NCBI GenBank assembly: GCA_028023455.1
Contig: JAQFVV010000010.1
Location: 14,756,001 to 14,820,000, forward strand
Direction of reading: 5' to 3'
Length of the DNA stretch: 64,000 nt
From: Epiperipatus broadwayi
Lineage: Eukaryota; Animalia; Onychophora
A model generated the notes under the pieces. The model was not told where the DNA came from, did no database searches, and worked only from the letters and a program-made list of their open reading frames with translations. Position numbers and translations under genes: made by a program. Positions 27,326 to 40,089 of the stretch are shown here, piece after piece; the stretch's first letter is position 1; every line of letters starts with the position of its first letter.

Positions 27326-27745
27326 CATTGTTAATTAAAATAGAAAAAATAAATATGAATCAATTAGGCTTACTAATTTACATGTGTTACTGAAGTGTGT
27401 GGGGTTTTTTTTAAAATTATTTTTAAATGTATGTACATATTAATGTATTTATTATAATTCATTAATTTTTTAAAATTTCTATGTATTAGAAAAGATGTTA
27501 TTTAATTATTTATAGTTTATGCTAAGATTAAAATTCAAGGAACTGGTTTGTTCAGATGATAGATTTTATATTTATATATGCCAATTTATTATTTAATATC
27601 AATATATTTTAACAAGTATATTTAAACTTATTTCCATTTAATTAATATGAGATATAATTTTTTTTTAACTATGAAGGAAATTATCTTTAAAAAATAAACT
27701 AATTTTAAAAAGTAAAAATTTTGTATTATAAGCATATATATATAT

Positions 27746-27827
27746 GTCAAATACGTTGACCGGGAAGCGAACCAGGCCAGCTGCTTGGAAGGCAGCTATG
27801 CTAACCACTAGGCTACCAACGCTTGAC
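27746..27827 (-). mobile_element. tRNA-Gly(TCC) retropseudogene / ancestral-type SINE, copy g
   Basis: GCGTTGG TAGCCTAGTGGTTAGCATAGCTGCCTTCCAAGCAGCTGGCCTGGTTCGCTTCCCGGTCAACGTA is close to metazoan tRNA-Gly-TCC but has T-stem and acceptor defects; (TA)n tail; TSD TA(T/G)TATAAGCAT at 27724-27735 and 27828-27839. Confidence 0.88.
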
Positions 27828-28949
27828 TAGTATAAGCATTTAATTCTTTCAATAATTAAATGTGCAATTTTAGACTGAACTCTTTTAAAATGAAATGGAT
27901 TGAAATAGAAGTTTTTTCAAATCTGAAAAATATATTGACCTATAATAATGTTTTTGCTCCAATTCCTAATTGATGAAAACATAAAAACAATATTCTTAAA
28001 AAGTTTTATTTACTACTTTAAAATTGTTATAGTTCAAAAATTTACTTTATTTTTATTATTGTCTTTTTTTTTAAAATCCAACATTCATTCCAACTTCAAG
28101 GGGAAAAAAGAAAGAAAATAAAAAGTTAAAAGAACAAAAACTATTCAAAAGATGAGTTTTGGTATGAATATTCAAACAATCTGTGGATCACAAATATGTC
28201 CTGTATAGAAAGAACATGTTGGTCTATTTCATATTTTTCAGAAGACTTTTTCTTTGTAAAATATTTAAACACCATGTTTAATTGTTGCTCTCCAGTATCT
28301 TCTCAATCAATATTGCAATTCTTTAAATAAATCTTTAAAGTAATTCTTATAAAAGGGACCTTTCCCATAAAACTAAACTGATTTACTATAAGACAGCCTT
28401 TTAGAAAGTCTTGCATTGTTCTTTAGTTTTACATGAACAGTTCAATGAAGATGCGATTTACAATAGTGGATGTTATATTATCACATCCAGCATGTTGAAG
28501 TACATATTGATTGGTTTTATCATTTTGATATTGATTTGTAAAATTTTGCAGAGCATCCTTAAATTAAACTGTTCTCGTACCTTTATATTGCGCTACCCAA
28601 GTCTCAACTCTTTACCCAAGTTTCAGCGATTATTTGTTTGCGATGAAATACTCTATTTTAACTTATTAAAACTAGCAGCAGCATTTTGAAATTTGTATGA
28701 CACTCAACATCTAAATTGCCCTTTGTCTTTTTAAAGTTAGCAAGATATTTAAATTGATTTACATTCTCAAGTTGATAAGAATCCGAGCTAAAAGTTGCTG
28801 AGGATTTTTTTCTTCTCGAGCTGATAAAGAATACACATTTTTTGAATGTTAATTATTAAACTCAAGTCTTTATATAATATATTCAAAACATTAAGCAGAT
28901 TCTGCAGATTATCTTTTGAACTGGCAAAAATGACAGAATTATCAGCATT

Positions 28950-29136
28950 TACATGATCGTCATTTCATATGCTTGCTCACAACTGTTATCAAAACAGGCC
29001 ACAAGCCAGAAACTAGTCTGGGGACATTGAATGAGTAGGTACTAGATGGGGATTTTATGTACAAGCCTTCTGGAATCCATTGATTACTCTGGCTTGCACT
29101 GAGTATCAATACGTATAGAGAGTTTTGCCTGTTTTG
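28950..29136. mobile_element. HHR family B insertion B2 (inverted; half ribozyme)
   Basis: Reverse tail arm 28950-28999 joined to a forward arm starting in stem II (GGCCACAAGCCAGAAACTAGTCTGGGGA); TSD ATTATCAGCATT at 28938-28949 and 29137-29148. Confidence 0.85.
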
Positions 29137-29189
29137 ATTATCAGCATTATGTAAATCCAAGAAGATAAAATTTTTGTTTTGCTTTTACT

Positions 29190-29520
29190 CCATTCAAATT
29201 AATCACATCCTGCTCCAGTTTAATTAAACCACCTATAAACAGTTCCAAAGACAACTGTCATAAAAATTTGAAAATAATATTGGAGCGAAAACGTATTACC
29301 ACTATTTTTATTTTTAAATGTCTCAGACTTTGCACTTTCTTTTTGTTCAATCATGTCAAGCTATATAATACAAATGAATTTTAGTCCACAGCCAATTAGT
29401 TTCAAACAATGCTATCAATCTGTAAATGCCTTAACCAAGTCAATGAAAGCAAAATAGTAATCATTCTTTTGTTCCTGATATTTTTCTTGCATTTTCCTGA
29501 CAAGAAAAACTTCTTGATTT
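29190..29520 (-). mobile_element. RTE-type RT fragment
   Basis: FLVRKMQEKYQEQKNDYYFAFIDLVKAF (end of ORF 29415-29636) matches IFILRQLQEKYRE...AFVDLEKAFD. Confidence 0.7.
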
Positions 29521-29591
29521 TTTACAATCATATTATCTGGTAACCATTCATAGAAGTCTGTAAGCAACAAACTTTGGTTCTTATTTTTTAA

Positions 29592-30668
29592 ACCACACAA
29601 GCCACATGATGGCGCTTTACATTCTTTAATACACATAAATATAACATTACCTGGCCGTCCTTGCTTTATTGTCCGATTTATGGTATTACCAAAAAAATTA
29701 TTCTACCTTAATTATTGTCCCATTTTTTTATTGTCCGATGTCTGGTATTATGTTTATATCAAAAACAAATTAAGTCTACATTAATTTATCTACTTAGTTT
29801 TTATTGGAAATGAACAAGTTTTTTTTTTTAATTTAAAAATACGCTTTTACTTTAATAACATTACCGTGTTGGACTTTTTTGTATTTATTGTCCAATTTCA
29901 TGTATTTTTTTGAAATTAATTAAAAATAAATAATACATGTATAAATTAATTGCTGTACTTCTTTTGGATTGAAAACAAAGTATAAATTAATTTATCTACT
30001 TATTTATTATTGGAAACAACAAGTTCTTTTTTCTTTTGTCTTTTAAAAACACGCTATTACTTTAATAACCTTACTGTGCCGTCCTTTTTTTTTAATTGTG
30101 TGATTTCTGGGTCAGGAAGAAGGAATATGGCAGTGCGCATTGCTGGAATGTGTAGGGGGGGACCCGATGGTTTTGACGATTTGAAGGATCATTCAATAGA
30201 TGCAGTAGCAATGCAACCTCAACTATTTGCTTTGTCTCATATGTGTTCTTGTGCAAAGCTGATTTTTCACGTGTGTTCTCTGTAATGGTGCTTGTCCTTA
30301 CCCTTTTACAATTGTTAAAAACATTGAAATTTGTGTATAGAAGTGCGGCAATATGTTTTAAATTATTACTATGTAATACTATGACAGGTAGAGGGTAGGA
30401 TCATTACTTGTAATGTACATTTAAAGAGTTATGGCCAGTTGATTTCTAGACACCCTCACATGATACGATAGTCATCTGTGAAGTGTGTGCATTTGCAGAG
30501 CTTCGTGAAGCACATCAGTGGGCCGTAAGATTAGTGTGCAATGACATCTAGGCCTGTTAACAGCTAATATGAACAGAACTATTATAGAGACTGTAAGTTT
30601 GGCCACGTAAATGGCATTTTTATGTGTTCTGACACATAAAAAGCGCCATCAGGTGGCTTGTATTGTTA
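29592..30668. repeat. Unclassified element with inverted ends and internal ~210-bp repeats
   Basis: ACAAGCCACATGATGGCGCTTT (29597-29618) versus AAAGCGCCATCAGGTGGCTTGT (30640-30661), 21/22 complementary; recurring TAACATTACC-GCCGTCC and TAATTTATCTACTTA blocks at 29640-30090. Confidence 0.5.
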
Positions 30669-31579
30669 AAAAAAATCACTAACCAAACTTGTGGAAAATA
30701 CTTTATGTAATAACGGATAATATTGATATTCCACAATAATTACTGCAATATTGTCTAGTTCCTTTTATTTTTCAAAATTGGAACAATAGAAATATCCTTA
30801 AGATCTGATAGCACAACTTTATGGGAACATACAGTATATTCCTAAAAATTTCAATATTTTTGAAACTAACATATCACTACCATGTTTTAAAACTTCTACA
30901 GGCATTTCTTCAGGACTTGCGGCCTTATTTAAATTTACAAAAAAAAAAAATGTTTTAAATTTCACAAAACTAGAGTAGATATTTTATCTAAATTTAAATG
31001 AATAGATAAAATGGATATATCATTAAAAATCATCATTTCATTTTTTGTATCATTCTTCAAAAGTTAGTCAAAATTCCTTTCACCTGTTCAAAATATCATT
31101 GTCATCATATATATACAAGAGTAATATTGTTGAATTTAATAGACTTGTGATACTGATTCTCATGTCCATATGTTGTTTTTCAATGCCTCAATATATATAT
31201 ATAGAATCACCATGATTAGTGATTTTTTTTTTTTCAGTTTTATTCCATATATCATTTTAAAGTTTCTTCTGTGTTGAACTTCTGCCATTAGATCTCTATA
31301 TTTATTATGAAACAAGATGTACATGGTATATGTAAAGGCTGTTTTTTTTTTTTAATTGGCTGCTTTAACAAACAAAAATTAAGATTTAATGTAAATTAAA
31401 AGATTTTAATATGGTCATCTTTTATTCTTTAATTGGTTGCTTTAACAATTTTTTTTAATGTAAATTAAACAAAAGATTGTAATATTATAGAAACAAATGT
31501 GAGAAATGTAGGCATTTTTAATTGATTGCTTTAATATTTTTTTTGCTTTGCAGAATTACTTGTTTTGAATAAAATGTTT

Positions 31580-32345
31580 AGTATCAAAAAAAGGTTTATT
31601 CAAGTATGTTTACAATAAAGAAAAAATTATAAAATAACATTAAATTTGGCAATACATTTATAAACCATTAAATTACTTAATGTCCAATATTAATAAGATT
31701 CCATGTAGAATTTGCTATTAGGTGAGGAGCTAACTTCAAATCTCTTTCTTTGATATCTTTTAATTTTTGTAAAAAAATTAATGTTGGATCAGGTATAACA
31801 GACTTGAAGATTAGGAAGCATCTGACAAACCATAGACAGAAAGTGATGAAAGTTGCACTTCTTATAATTGCAAAATCCCCATAAGCAAAACCTTTTATGA
31901 GTGTGTTGATAATTGGATGTTTTGGTGTATAAATTTTATTAATCAATATTCTACAGCTCTGAAGAGAGGAACAATCGTTGAAAATGTGAAATATGGTATC
32001 ATCCTCCCTATGGCAGAGTGAGCAAACAGGGTCCAAAGATGAAAAACCTCTATACATCACAAGAAAGTGGCTTGTTGGAAGGGCATTGAGATTTAGCTTT
32101 AGAAGAAAGTCCAAATATTTTGGCTCTAGATTACATCTTTTATATTTCTTTATAATGGCAAAGTTTGTACAGGTGAGAATGCTATGATCTGGGATAATTG
32201 TTGAAAAAAAAAGAAGATAGGCATCCCAATAACGAAGTTTCGTTGGTTTTATTTGAGTTAAAGGTGTGAGAATTTTTGCAATGTCAATTAAGACTTATGT
32301 CAGCCAACCATCATTAATTGGAGGTGGAGTATCTGTAGGATGAAT
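31580..32345 (-). mobile_element. L1/Tx1-type LINE 3' fragment with zinc-binding (zf-RVT-like) C-terminus
   Basis: ORF 31677-32114: LNALPT...CSLCHREDDTIFHIFNDC...LWFVRC (CCHC of L1-clade ORF2); AATAAA near 31594-31599 on the minus strand. Confidence 0.8.
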
Positions 32346-32354
32346 AGATAGAAA

Positions 32355-33250
32355 AAATGTTTGTAATCAAATTAAGCTTCTAAATTAAAATTTAAATTTT
32401 TAAATGTACCTGTTATATTTGATATATGAATTTGACAGCATTACGGATATCTATTAATGGCAGAATTATTGTGAACTACATATCAAACTACACAACTTCA
32501 ATTATATGCTAACCAAACTAAAAATGTAAATATGGTTACTATAGTATTTATTTTTTTCCCCTGATTAAATATCACATTTCAAACATGAATTTAGATACTG
32601 TAATCACATTTTCTTCATGATTTAAATAGTATACCTATTCAGTTCTGAACTGTAGTTAAAAGCATATGTTCTGATTGTTTTCTGTTTTTTATTAATTATG
32701 GAATTACTTCCCATTAAATATGCTTCGTAATAAAAATTACTATTAAATATAAAAGGTGGAATTTTTTTTCTTTGCATAAAATTTTCGTAATATAATTTCT
32801 TACTTTGAATGAAATGTTTTTAATCAAATTAAATCTCAGAATTAAAATTAAATTTTTTAAATATATCTGTTATATTTGATATGTGAATTTGGCAGCATTA
32901 TGGACAACTATTAATGGCAGAATTGCATGAAACTATGTGGCATCAAACTATGCAACTTCAATTATATGCTAACCAAAACTAAATGTAAATACAGTTACTA
33001 TAAATCTACTTTTTCCTCCTCACTAAATATTATATTTGAAACATGAATTTAGATAATGTAATTACATTTTCTTCATGATTTAAATATTATACCTATTCAG
33101 TTCTGTACCGTATTTAAAAGCACATACTGATTTTTGTCAGAGCATTTTTTATTGACAGCGGAATGACTTCCTTCTCATAAAATATGCTTTGTAGTAAAAA
33201 TGATTATTAAATATAAAAGGTGGAATTACTTCCTTTGCCTAAAATGTTTG
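32355..33250. repeat. Old tandem duplication, ~430-455 bp unit, two copies
   Basis: Unit starts AAATGTTT.TAATCAAATT at 32355 and 32812, with a partial third at 33241; about 80% identity by eye. Confidence 0.85.
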
Positions 33251-33759
33251 TAATGTCAATTATGATTTAGTTAGGTATAGTTATTATTATTATTATTATT
33301 GTTTTTTTGATGGTGTCAAATTTGTCATTTTTGTAATTTGTTAAAGCAACCAAATAAAAAGTGTTATGGAAAAACATTCATTCAGATCACAGATAAAATA
33401 AGGATTTTATATGAGATTGCACATTAATTTTTATTCTGCCAAGCAATGTTGTCTTTTAATCTAGTCATTAATAATAGAATAGGTTTACTTGCATTAAAAA
33501 TTTCATGCTTCATTAATATGACAATCCTGATAGTCCAAATTAGTAATGTTAGTGTTTGATAGATAATATAATTTAGTACTTATAGAAGTTCTAAAGTGTG
33601 AATATTAGTTTTTTTTTTTGTGAATATGATTGGAATAAGATGCACTTTTTAATGTAACTATCATCTTAATCTTGTAGCATACTGATTTATGAACTGATTA
33701 ACATTCTGTGCTTGTAAGTGCTCACATAATATGAACTTCTCTTGAATTCTGATTCTTAA

Positions 33760-34274
33760 AACAGGCAAAACTCTCCATACAGTAGTGCCACCCTGTGCCA
33801 ATCAGAGGAATCAATGGATGCCAGAAGGCTTGTGCATGAAAGCCCTATCTAGTGCCTACTCAGCCAACATCCCCAGACTAGTTTCTAGCTTGTGGCTTTC
33901 GTCAGTGAGGAGCCTTGGATCTGAGAGCACTGCACCTAGATCTTAGGATCTAATGCAACCATCCAGAAGCCATCTTTTATCTCTACTTAACAACAAAACT
34001 ATGAAAATAAAATTGAAAACACAATATTTTTAATCCAAGATCATTAGCTTATATAGTCATATAGGTCTGAACTCAGTTTAGTACCCATACATTTTTGGTG
34101 TCTTTGGTTCTTTAATAACCATAGCTAGTAGATAGGGATTTGGGGCACAAGCCTTCTGGCATCCATTGATTACTCTGGCTTGCACTGAGTGGCACTACTA
34201 TATGGAGAGTTTTGCCTGTTTTAGCAACAGTTATGAGAAAGCATAAGAAATGGTGATGTGTTATTTACTGGTTT
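33760..34274. mobile_element. HHR family B insertion B3
   Basis: ~350-nt reverse arm containing the HHR plus ~150-nt forward arm with tail; TSD AATTCTGATTCTTAA at 33745-33759 and 34275-34289. Confidence 0.9.
33870..33911 (-). ncRNA. Type I hammerhead ribozyme (family B)
   Basis: TCCTCA CTGACGA A AGC CACAA GCT A GAAA CTAG TC^TGGGGA. Confidence 0.85.
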
Positions 34275-34399
34275 AATTCTGATTCTTAATTATAATATAA
34301 CATTAATTGTGATTGTTTGGGGCATGGATATGTCTGCATTCTCTTATAGCAATTTTCTGCCTATACACAGTGTTTGTGATTGTCAATCCTTGTAGTGTG

Positions 34400-34880
34400 C
34401 AAATATTCTAATACAAGTTCATTTGAAATTCCAGCATCAATACTATTATTCCTAACAAGATTTTACCAAAGTTTTATTTATTTGTACCAACACATACATC
34501 AAAGTCTCTCAGAAGAAACACTTGCCCTTTTAATGGTATTGCAGTCATAATGCTGTCGAAATTCTCTGAATCCAATATTGGATTATATACACTCATGATA
34601 AAGCCCTAATATCATTGTACAAACTAAGTTTTAATGCAATTATTATTTCATTGATCCAATGAGGAATTGTAAGAATAGGTTTTAAATTAAACTTTATTGC
34701 AAATGTAACAGCATACATTTTAATTTCAGTGACCCATTCTATTTTTTTACAAAAACTTCTAGCCATCCATCTAATCTATTAAATTCTTTCCCCCTGGAAG
34801 ACAACTTTTATTAAGAGCAGTTATATTGATCTTAAATCTTGCCAAATACTTAACATGCCAGTGCTGGCCTCCATACTGTA
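34400..34880 (-). mobile_element. RTE AP-endonuclease fragment
   Basis: YAVTFAIK (~GVGFAIK), PHWINEIIIALKL (~P..ISERIM.LRL), SVYNPIL (~SVYAPT), LRDFDVCVG (~LGDFNARVG). Confidence 0.6.
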
Positions 34881-37800
34881 GTTGAAGAAATAGTTTGCAC
34901 ATTAATATTAGAAAAAAAAAAAAAAGATTTATAATTAGTAATTAATCTTTAATATTTCCACTATCTTCTGCTGAGAAAACAAGCAGGTGCACTAATTTAT
35001 AGCCAGGCAGGCAACGGAATCTCTAAATAAAGCGAGCTGCCTAAACACATGATCTTTGTCAGCTGAAACGTTTGTTTCAAATTCAGTTCCAAAATAAAAT
35101 ATTAATTATTAGAATCACAACTAAAAATTGCCAGTTTTTTAAAGCTGTCTCTGTCACTGCTTTCTTAATTCTCAATGGCTTCAGCTACACAAAAAACGAA
35201 AAAGAGAATTGGGGTCAGAAATGCTACAGGTGTAATTAATGGCAGCACAAACATACAACCCTATTATTACAGATAATGTAGAGAGATGTTTGATGGTATG
35301 AGAAGCTCTTGAGAATTGATCTCAACATTAACTTAAGTGACTGAAAAAGAAGAAGAGGCAGAAGAAAAGACTTTGTATCGAAAACAGGAACTAACCTTTG
35401 ATGAACCAAATTTTATTCTACAAAGCAGCTAGAGATGCTGTTGTTGAGGTCTTGTTTATTTATTATTCTCAGTTATCCTTCATATCTGGAAGTTATTCCG
35501 TTATCACTATGATGTCAGTAGCTTGAGTATATAGCACAGACTCCTTTTCATATAACTTGAAAAATTACATATCTATTTCAAATTGATAAAATATTTTCAG
35601 AATCTCAATGATATTCAACACCCTTTCTTGAAATAGTTTAAAAATAAAATGTTTTTTAAATCTGAAGTTTTAATTTTCATATTTAGTAAGTTTCACTTCA
35701 TTGTAAAACAACTTGAAGGCTAATATATATAAATATTTTTTTTTATTAATATTTATTTTTTATATATTGGAAAATTTTTTTTAGAATAGAGCAACAATGA
35801 AAATCTCCTGTGTGTTATATCCTGTTGTTTTTTTTTGTTGTTGTTATTGTTTTACAAAGGGTCTCTCACTATTAAATTTAAATGAAAATAAAGTTCAATG
35901 AATATTATTTTTATCATAGATAGCTAGAATATTTGTTTTTCTTAAAATGCATGTTTTTTGTTTTATTGCTTCTTTATTATGAAATTATTATGTATCATTT
36001 TTTGTTTTGAAAATTTATTATTAAATATATAGTATTGTAGGACTAAATATGAACCCATTATATTAGCTTTCATAAATTTTTTTCAAGTAATGTAGTCTCT
36101 CTAAAACATTTCCAATTTCAATTTGAAATTAATAAGATAATGTTGAAGGTAACATATAATGATCACTGGAAGAAATAATATAATCAGAAAGTTTCTGCTG
36201 ATTTAATAAGCTGTGTGTTTGTTTTAAAAAAAGTTATTTATGCTTATACTAAAACAATATTGATAAATGTGCAAATTAAAATTATTGATTTTAAAAATGT
36301 TTTACGTAAAAGAGAATGCTGTTAAATGTCACTGAAGGATATTGAAACAAGCAAATAAATAATCAAAATTTATAAATATTTTCTTAATCCAAATTTTTTT
36401 TTTTTAAGTTTAAGATTATAATGTTTATTAAATAGATATTTATTAAAATAAAGTTTTAAAAAGAAATATCACAATAATTTATTTCAATTTATTATATATC
36501 ATTATTTTTAATATGTTTGCTGCTAAGTTAGAATTTTGCAGTAGCCATTTTGATATCTTTGAAGGATTAAAAGTAATTTTAGATTAATATTTATTCATTA
36601 ATTTTATATTAATTGAACATTTTTCATTACTATTACAAATATGTGATCTGTCTTAAGTTTCACAATCTATCTACTGGTTGACTTTATATTGGAGAAAATA
36701 ATGAAGCAATCCATATGAAATAAAGGTACTTACGTATTAAATCTGCTGTGATGAAAGTTGACAGCACAAACAAATATTTGAATAAAGACTGAATTAAACA
36801 CATTTACAATGTCGTAAAAAGGAAAATACTCACTTTTTTATGTGATTATTAGATAATGTTTCAATTAGGAGAAAGTTGGTACTCAAAATGTTGTTTTCCC
36901 TGCTAATTTTACAAAGCTGGGATAACCAATCATCTGGCTAAAGTAAGGTGCACATATGATTTACTGTACAGCTCTAATTCCTGCCAAGTTAACTTTTTGA
37001 ACAACTTTTATCCAATGAAATGATTAAAATTTGAGAACTGCCCACTATCGAGGATGATGCACTCCACTATTTTCAAAAAATGGTCATGGACTGGAATAAT
37101 TATCTGTGAAAAGTTTGTACGTGTAGCATGTTATCCTGAGAAAACACAAAATTCTATAAAAGGAATGACTTACGAGCTGTTGGAATACGAACACTTTCGT
37201 GTAAATCATAACCAACTTTTGTTTATATTTTGCAGACATAAAAAAACTTCAGTCCACCCCAATGATTGTAACAAAAAATATTTTGCTTTTTTTTCTAATA
37301 GGAATAAATGTATATTGCTAAATGTGTAGTTGTTGCAACATCATTTCTTGCAAAAAAAATTAAATAAGTATCCGTTTATTTCCAATAAATAAAGTTATAA
37401 GTTGCCATTTTGTATGAAATAAAGTTACTTCTTGTCATTTTGACAAATAATTCAGATTTGCTTTAAAATGTAAATACATGTTTATTTCCATTAAATACAG
37501 TTTATTATTCCCAATTTGAACTAAATAAACTTACTTGTCTTCATTTATCAAAATTAATTAATTAAGTTTATCAGAAGATCATGTGCAGGCATTATTTTAT
37601 GAGATCACAAGGTTAGAAAGTTATCCCTGACTAATATATATATATATATGTGATTTTTCACAGCATGTCTAATAATATTTATTATAGGATTTGCTATATA
37701 CACAGTCTTTTAGTAAAGAAAAACGTTCCAAAGATTAATCCACAAGAAAGTAATTGATACCAAATAAGTTTTTTAAATGAGTTATATATATATAAAATTA

Positions 37801-39067
37801 GTAAGAAATTAAATACACTTTTTTTATATTTGTAACCCCAAAAAAATTGCAAAACAAAACAAAAAAGGAATATATAACAATTTAAGTGATGATAATAAGC
37901 ATTTGAAGTGTAATTTCAAGTTAGCAATAATTTCTATTATCAGTCAAAAGTTCAATGAATGAATCTTGATTCTTATTTTGTTTCAAATTTTTTATTGTAA
38001 ACGATTCCTATATGACATGAAATTTTTTTTTAAATTTATCACTTTTTTAAAAAAAAAAAATTGCATTTGGCCTCAAACCAAGATTGTCACAACCAAGTAA
38101 AAGCAATAAAAAATTAATCCATAAGAAATTAAATGCATATATGTATTTACTGAAACAAACGATCCAATCCATTGCAATGTAAATATTACTATGTAATTTC
38201 AAAAGATGATCTATTAAATTAAAAACACTTAACAGTTAAAATTTAAAAGTCAGTTCTTCATTTTGAAATTAGTAAATTTATCACACTTGTTACTATCCTT
38301 CAAGTTAATAAGAATTCATTTTTTATTATTTGGCAGTTTTTTTTTTTTGGGGGGGGGGGTATAAATACATTTTATTACTTATAGATTAATTTTTTTTATT
38401 GCTTTTTCCTTTGAAGTGTTAAATAATAGATTGTGAAACTTAAGATAGATCACATATTTTAACAATTAACCATTTTTCTTAGTAAATACATATAAAAAAA
38501 GTCGTGTTATGTTAAAGAGCTTACTATTGTTAATAAACTGGAAACATCCATTCTTTTCTTCATTAAGAAGACTTCAAAATTATTTTTCTGAAATATTTAT
38601 AAAAGATTCTAAAATAGTACTTATTATTTAACTAGTATTTATTAAATTTAAAAAGCATTCAAGAATGTCATTTAAAACTATAGACTATTAGCAAATTTGT
38701 TATTAAAAAAATTCAAATAATTACAATTTGATTTAAAATTTCAAGATTTTCTGCACTCACTTCCAGTTTAGATAAATATATCAATGTGTGGAAAAATGGA
38801 AATTTTACATATGTCTTAAAAAAATTCACAGAAACACTTATTTATGACTTTACACTCATTAAAACATCAGAAAAAATATTTGTATGTTAAAATAAAAAAT
38901 ATTTATTTATTAATTATAATATTTAAATACAAGTATAGTATATATGCTTAAGCTAGATGTAATTAGAGTTGATTTGAATACAGATATTCAACTCCCCTCA
39001 GTCATCCACTCTATCCTATACAACCTGATAACACATGATCACACACGTGTGAAAAAGGTAAATGATC

Positions 39068-39111
39068 TCCAATATATGTGTTTCATGCTAAACCAGCATT
39101 TATCAGTTGGA
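39068..39111 (-). ncRNA. Type I hammerhead motif (family C, G8 mutated)
   Basis: TCCAA CTGATAA ATGCT GGTTT AGCAT GAAA CACATA TA^TTGGA. Confidence 0.7.
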
Positions 39112-39536
39112 CTGGATTATCATTTCCTACACATATATAATCATTGCTCAGTATATATATATATTAAGATAGCAAATCTTCAAACTTTAATGGACAGGCT
39201 TCAATCTTCTCCAACTCTTAGCCATCTATATCATTGAAAATCTGATATTTGGCATGATCAAAGCTTTTGTTTGCCAATTTTATTGTTATATCCCATGTTG
39301 ACTGTAAGTTATCCTGACCCCTCATATGTAGGACTTTAAGACCATTTGAATACATAGAAGAGGGATAGGCAAAATACAGGCTGAATCTATATTTAAATAC
39401 AAGTATAGTATATATACTTAAGCTAGATGTAATTAGAGGGGATTTGAACCCAGACTTGCAAGCTCCCTTCAATCATTCTTTCCACCTTATACAACTGATA
39501 CTCATGGTCACATACATATAAAAGAGATAAATGATA

Positions 39537-39576
39537 TCCGATATATGTATTTCATGCTGAACCAGTACTCATCAGT
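39537..39576 (-). ncRNA. Type I hammerhead motif (family C, 5' strand of stem I truncated)
   Basis: CTGATGA GTACT GGTTC AGCAT GAAA TACATA TA^TCGGA. Confidence 0.65.
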
Positions 39577-40089
39577 AATTATTATTTATTAAACAATTTT
39601 GTTAGTAATTATTTTTAAATATCAGTATAAACAACAAATTTGTTATGATTTATTTTTTTTAAATATTACTTTTCATTAAATTGAAAATTGTGATATACAT
39701 TTTATAATGAGTATGATAATATTTTAAGTTATTGTGACTTTAGGCTAAAAAGAAAAATACTTTTTAACATCAGTCATTTTGATGTGATATTGATCAGTGT
39801 TTTATTAATGATTCTGTAGTTTAATAAAATTGAACATTAATTTTTTAACATTGCTTTCTAATTAGTGAGCATCCAATATGATCACAGAACAACAAAAAAA
39901 AAAATTGTGTGTGTTTTGCATAATGCACAATAAATTTGGTGCTTAATATTAACCCTTCCTAAGTTTTTTTTTTTTTTTACATTTTAATAATGTATATGTT
40001 TTAATTTGAACAAATGAATATATATTTTAAGAAATAAGGAATAATTTTTACAAGTAAAGAAGTATGTTACTATTATATTTTTTGCCTTT

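Larger units (their letters stand above)
38921..39577 (-). mobile_element. HHR family C, tandem 1.4-mer with ~470-nt period (retrozyme/pLTR-like)
   Basis: 38921-39107 repeats at 39391-39575; one HHR per unit; tentative TSD TTATTTATTAA at 38903-38913 and 39582-39592. Confidence 0.85.

Noticed and set aside
27752-27822. Functional tRNA-Gly(TCC) gene
   Set aside because: T-stem deletion, acceptor mismatch, altered T-loop, (TA)n tail and TSD indicate a retroposed copy.
35000-35540. Purine-rich, slightly CpG-rich stretch with ATG GCT TCA (MASATQKTKKRIG...)
   Set aside because: Closes after 33 codons; it could be a LINE 5' end or an exon but cannot be supported.
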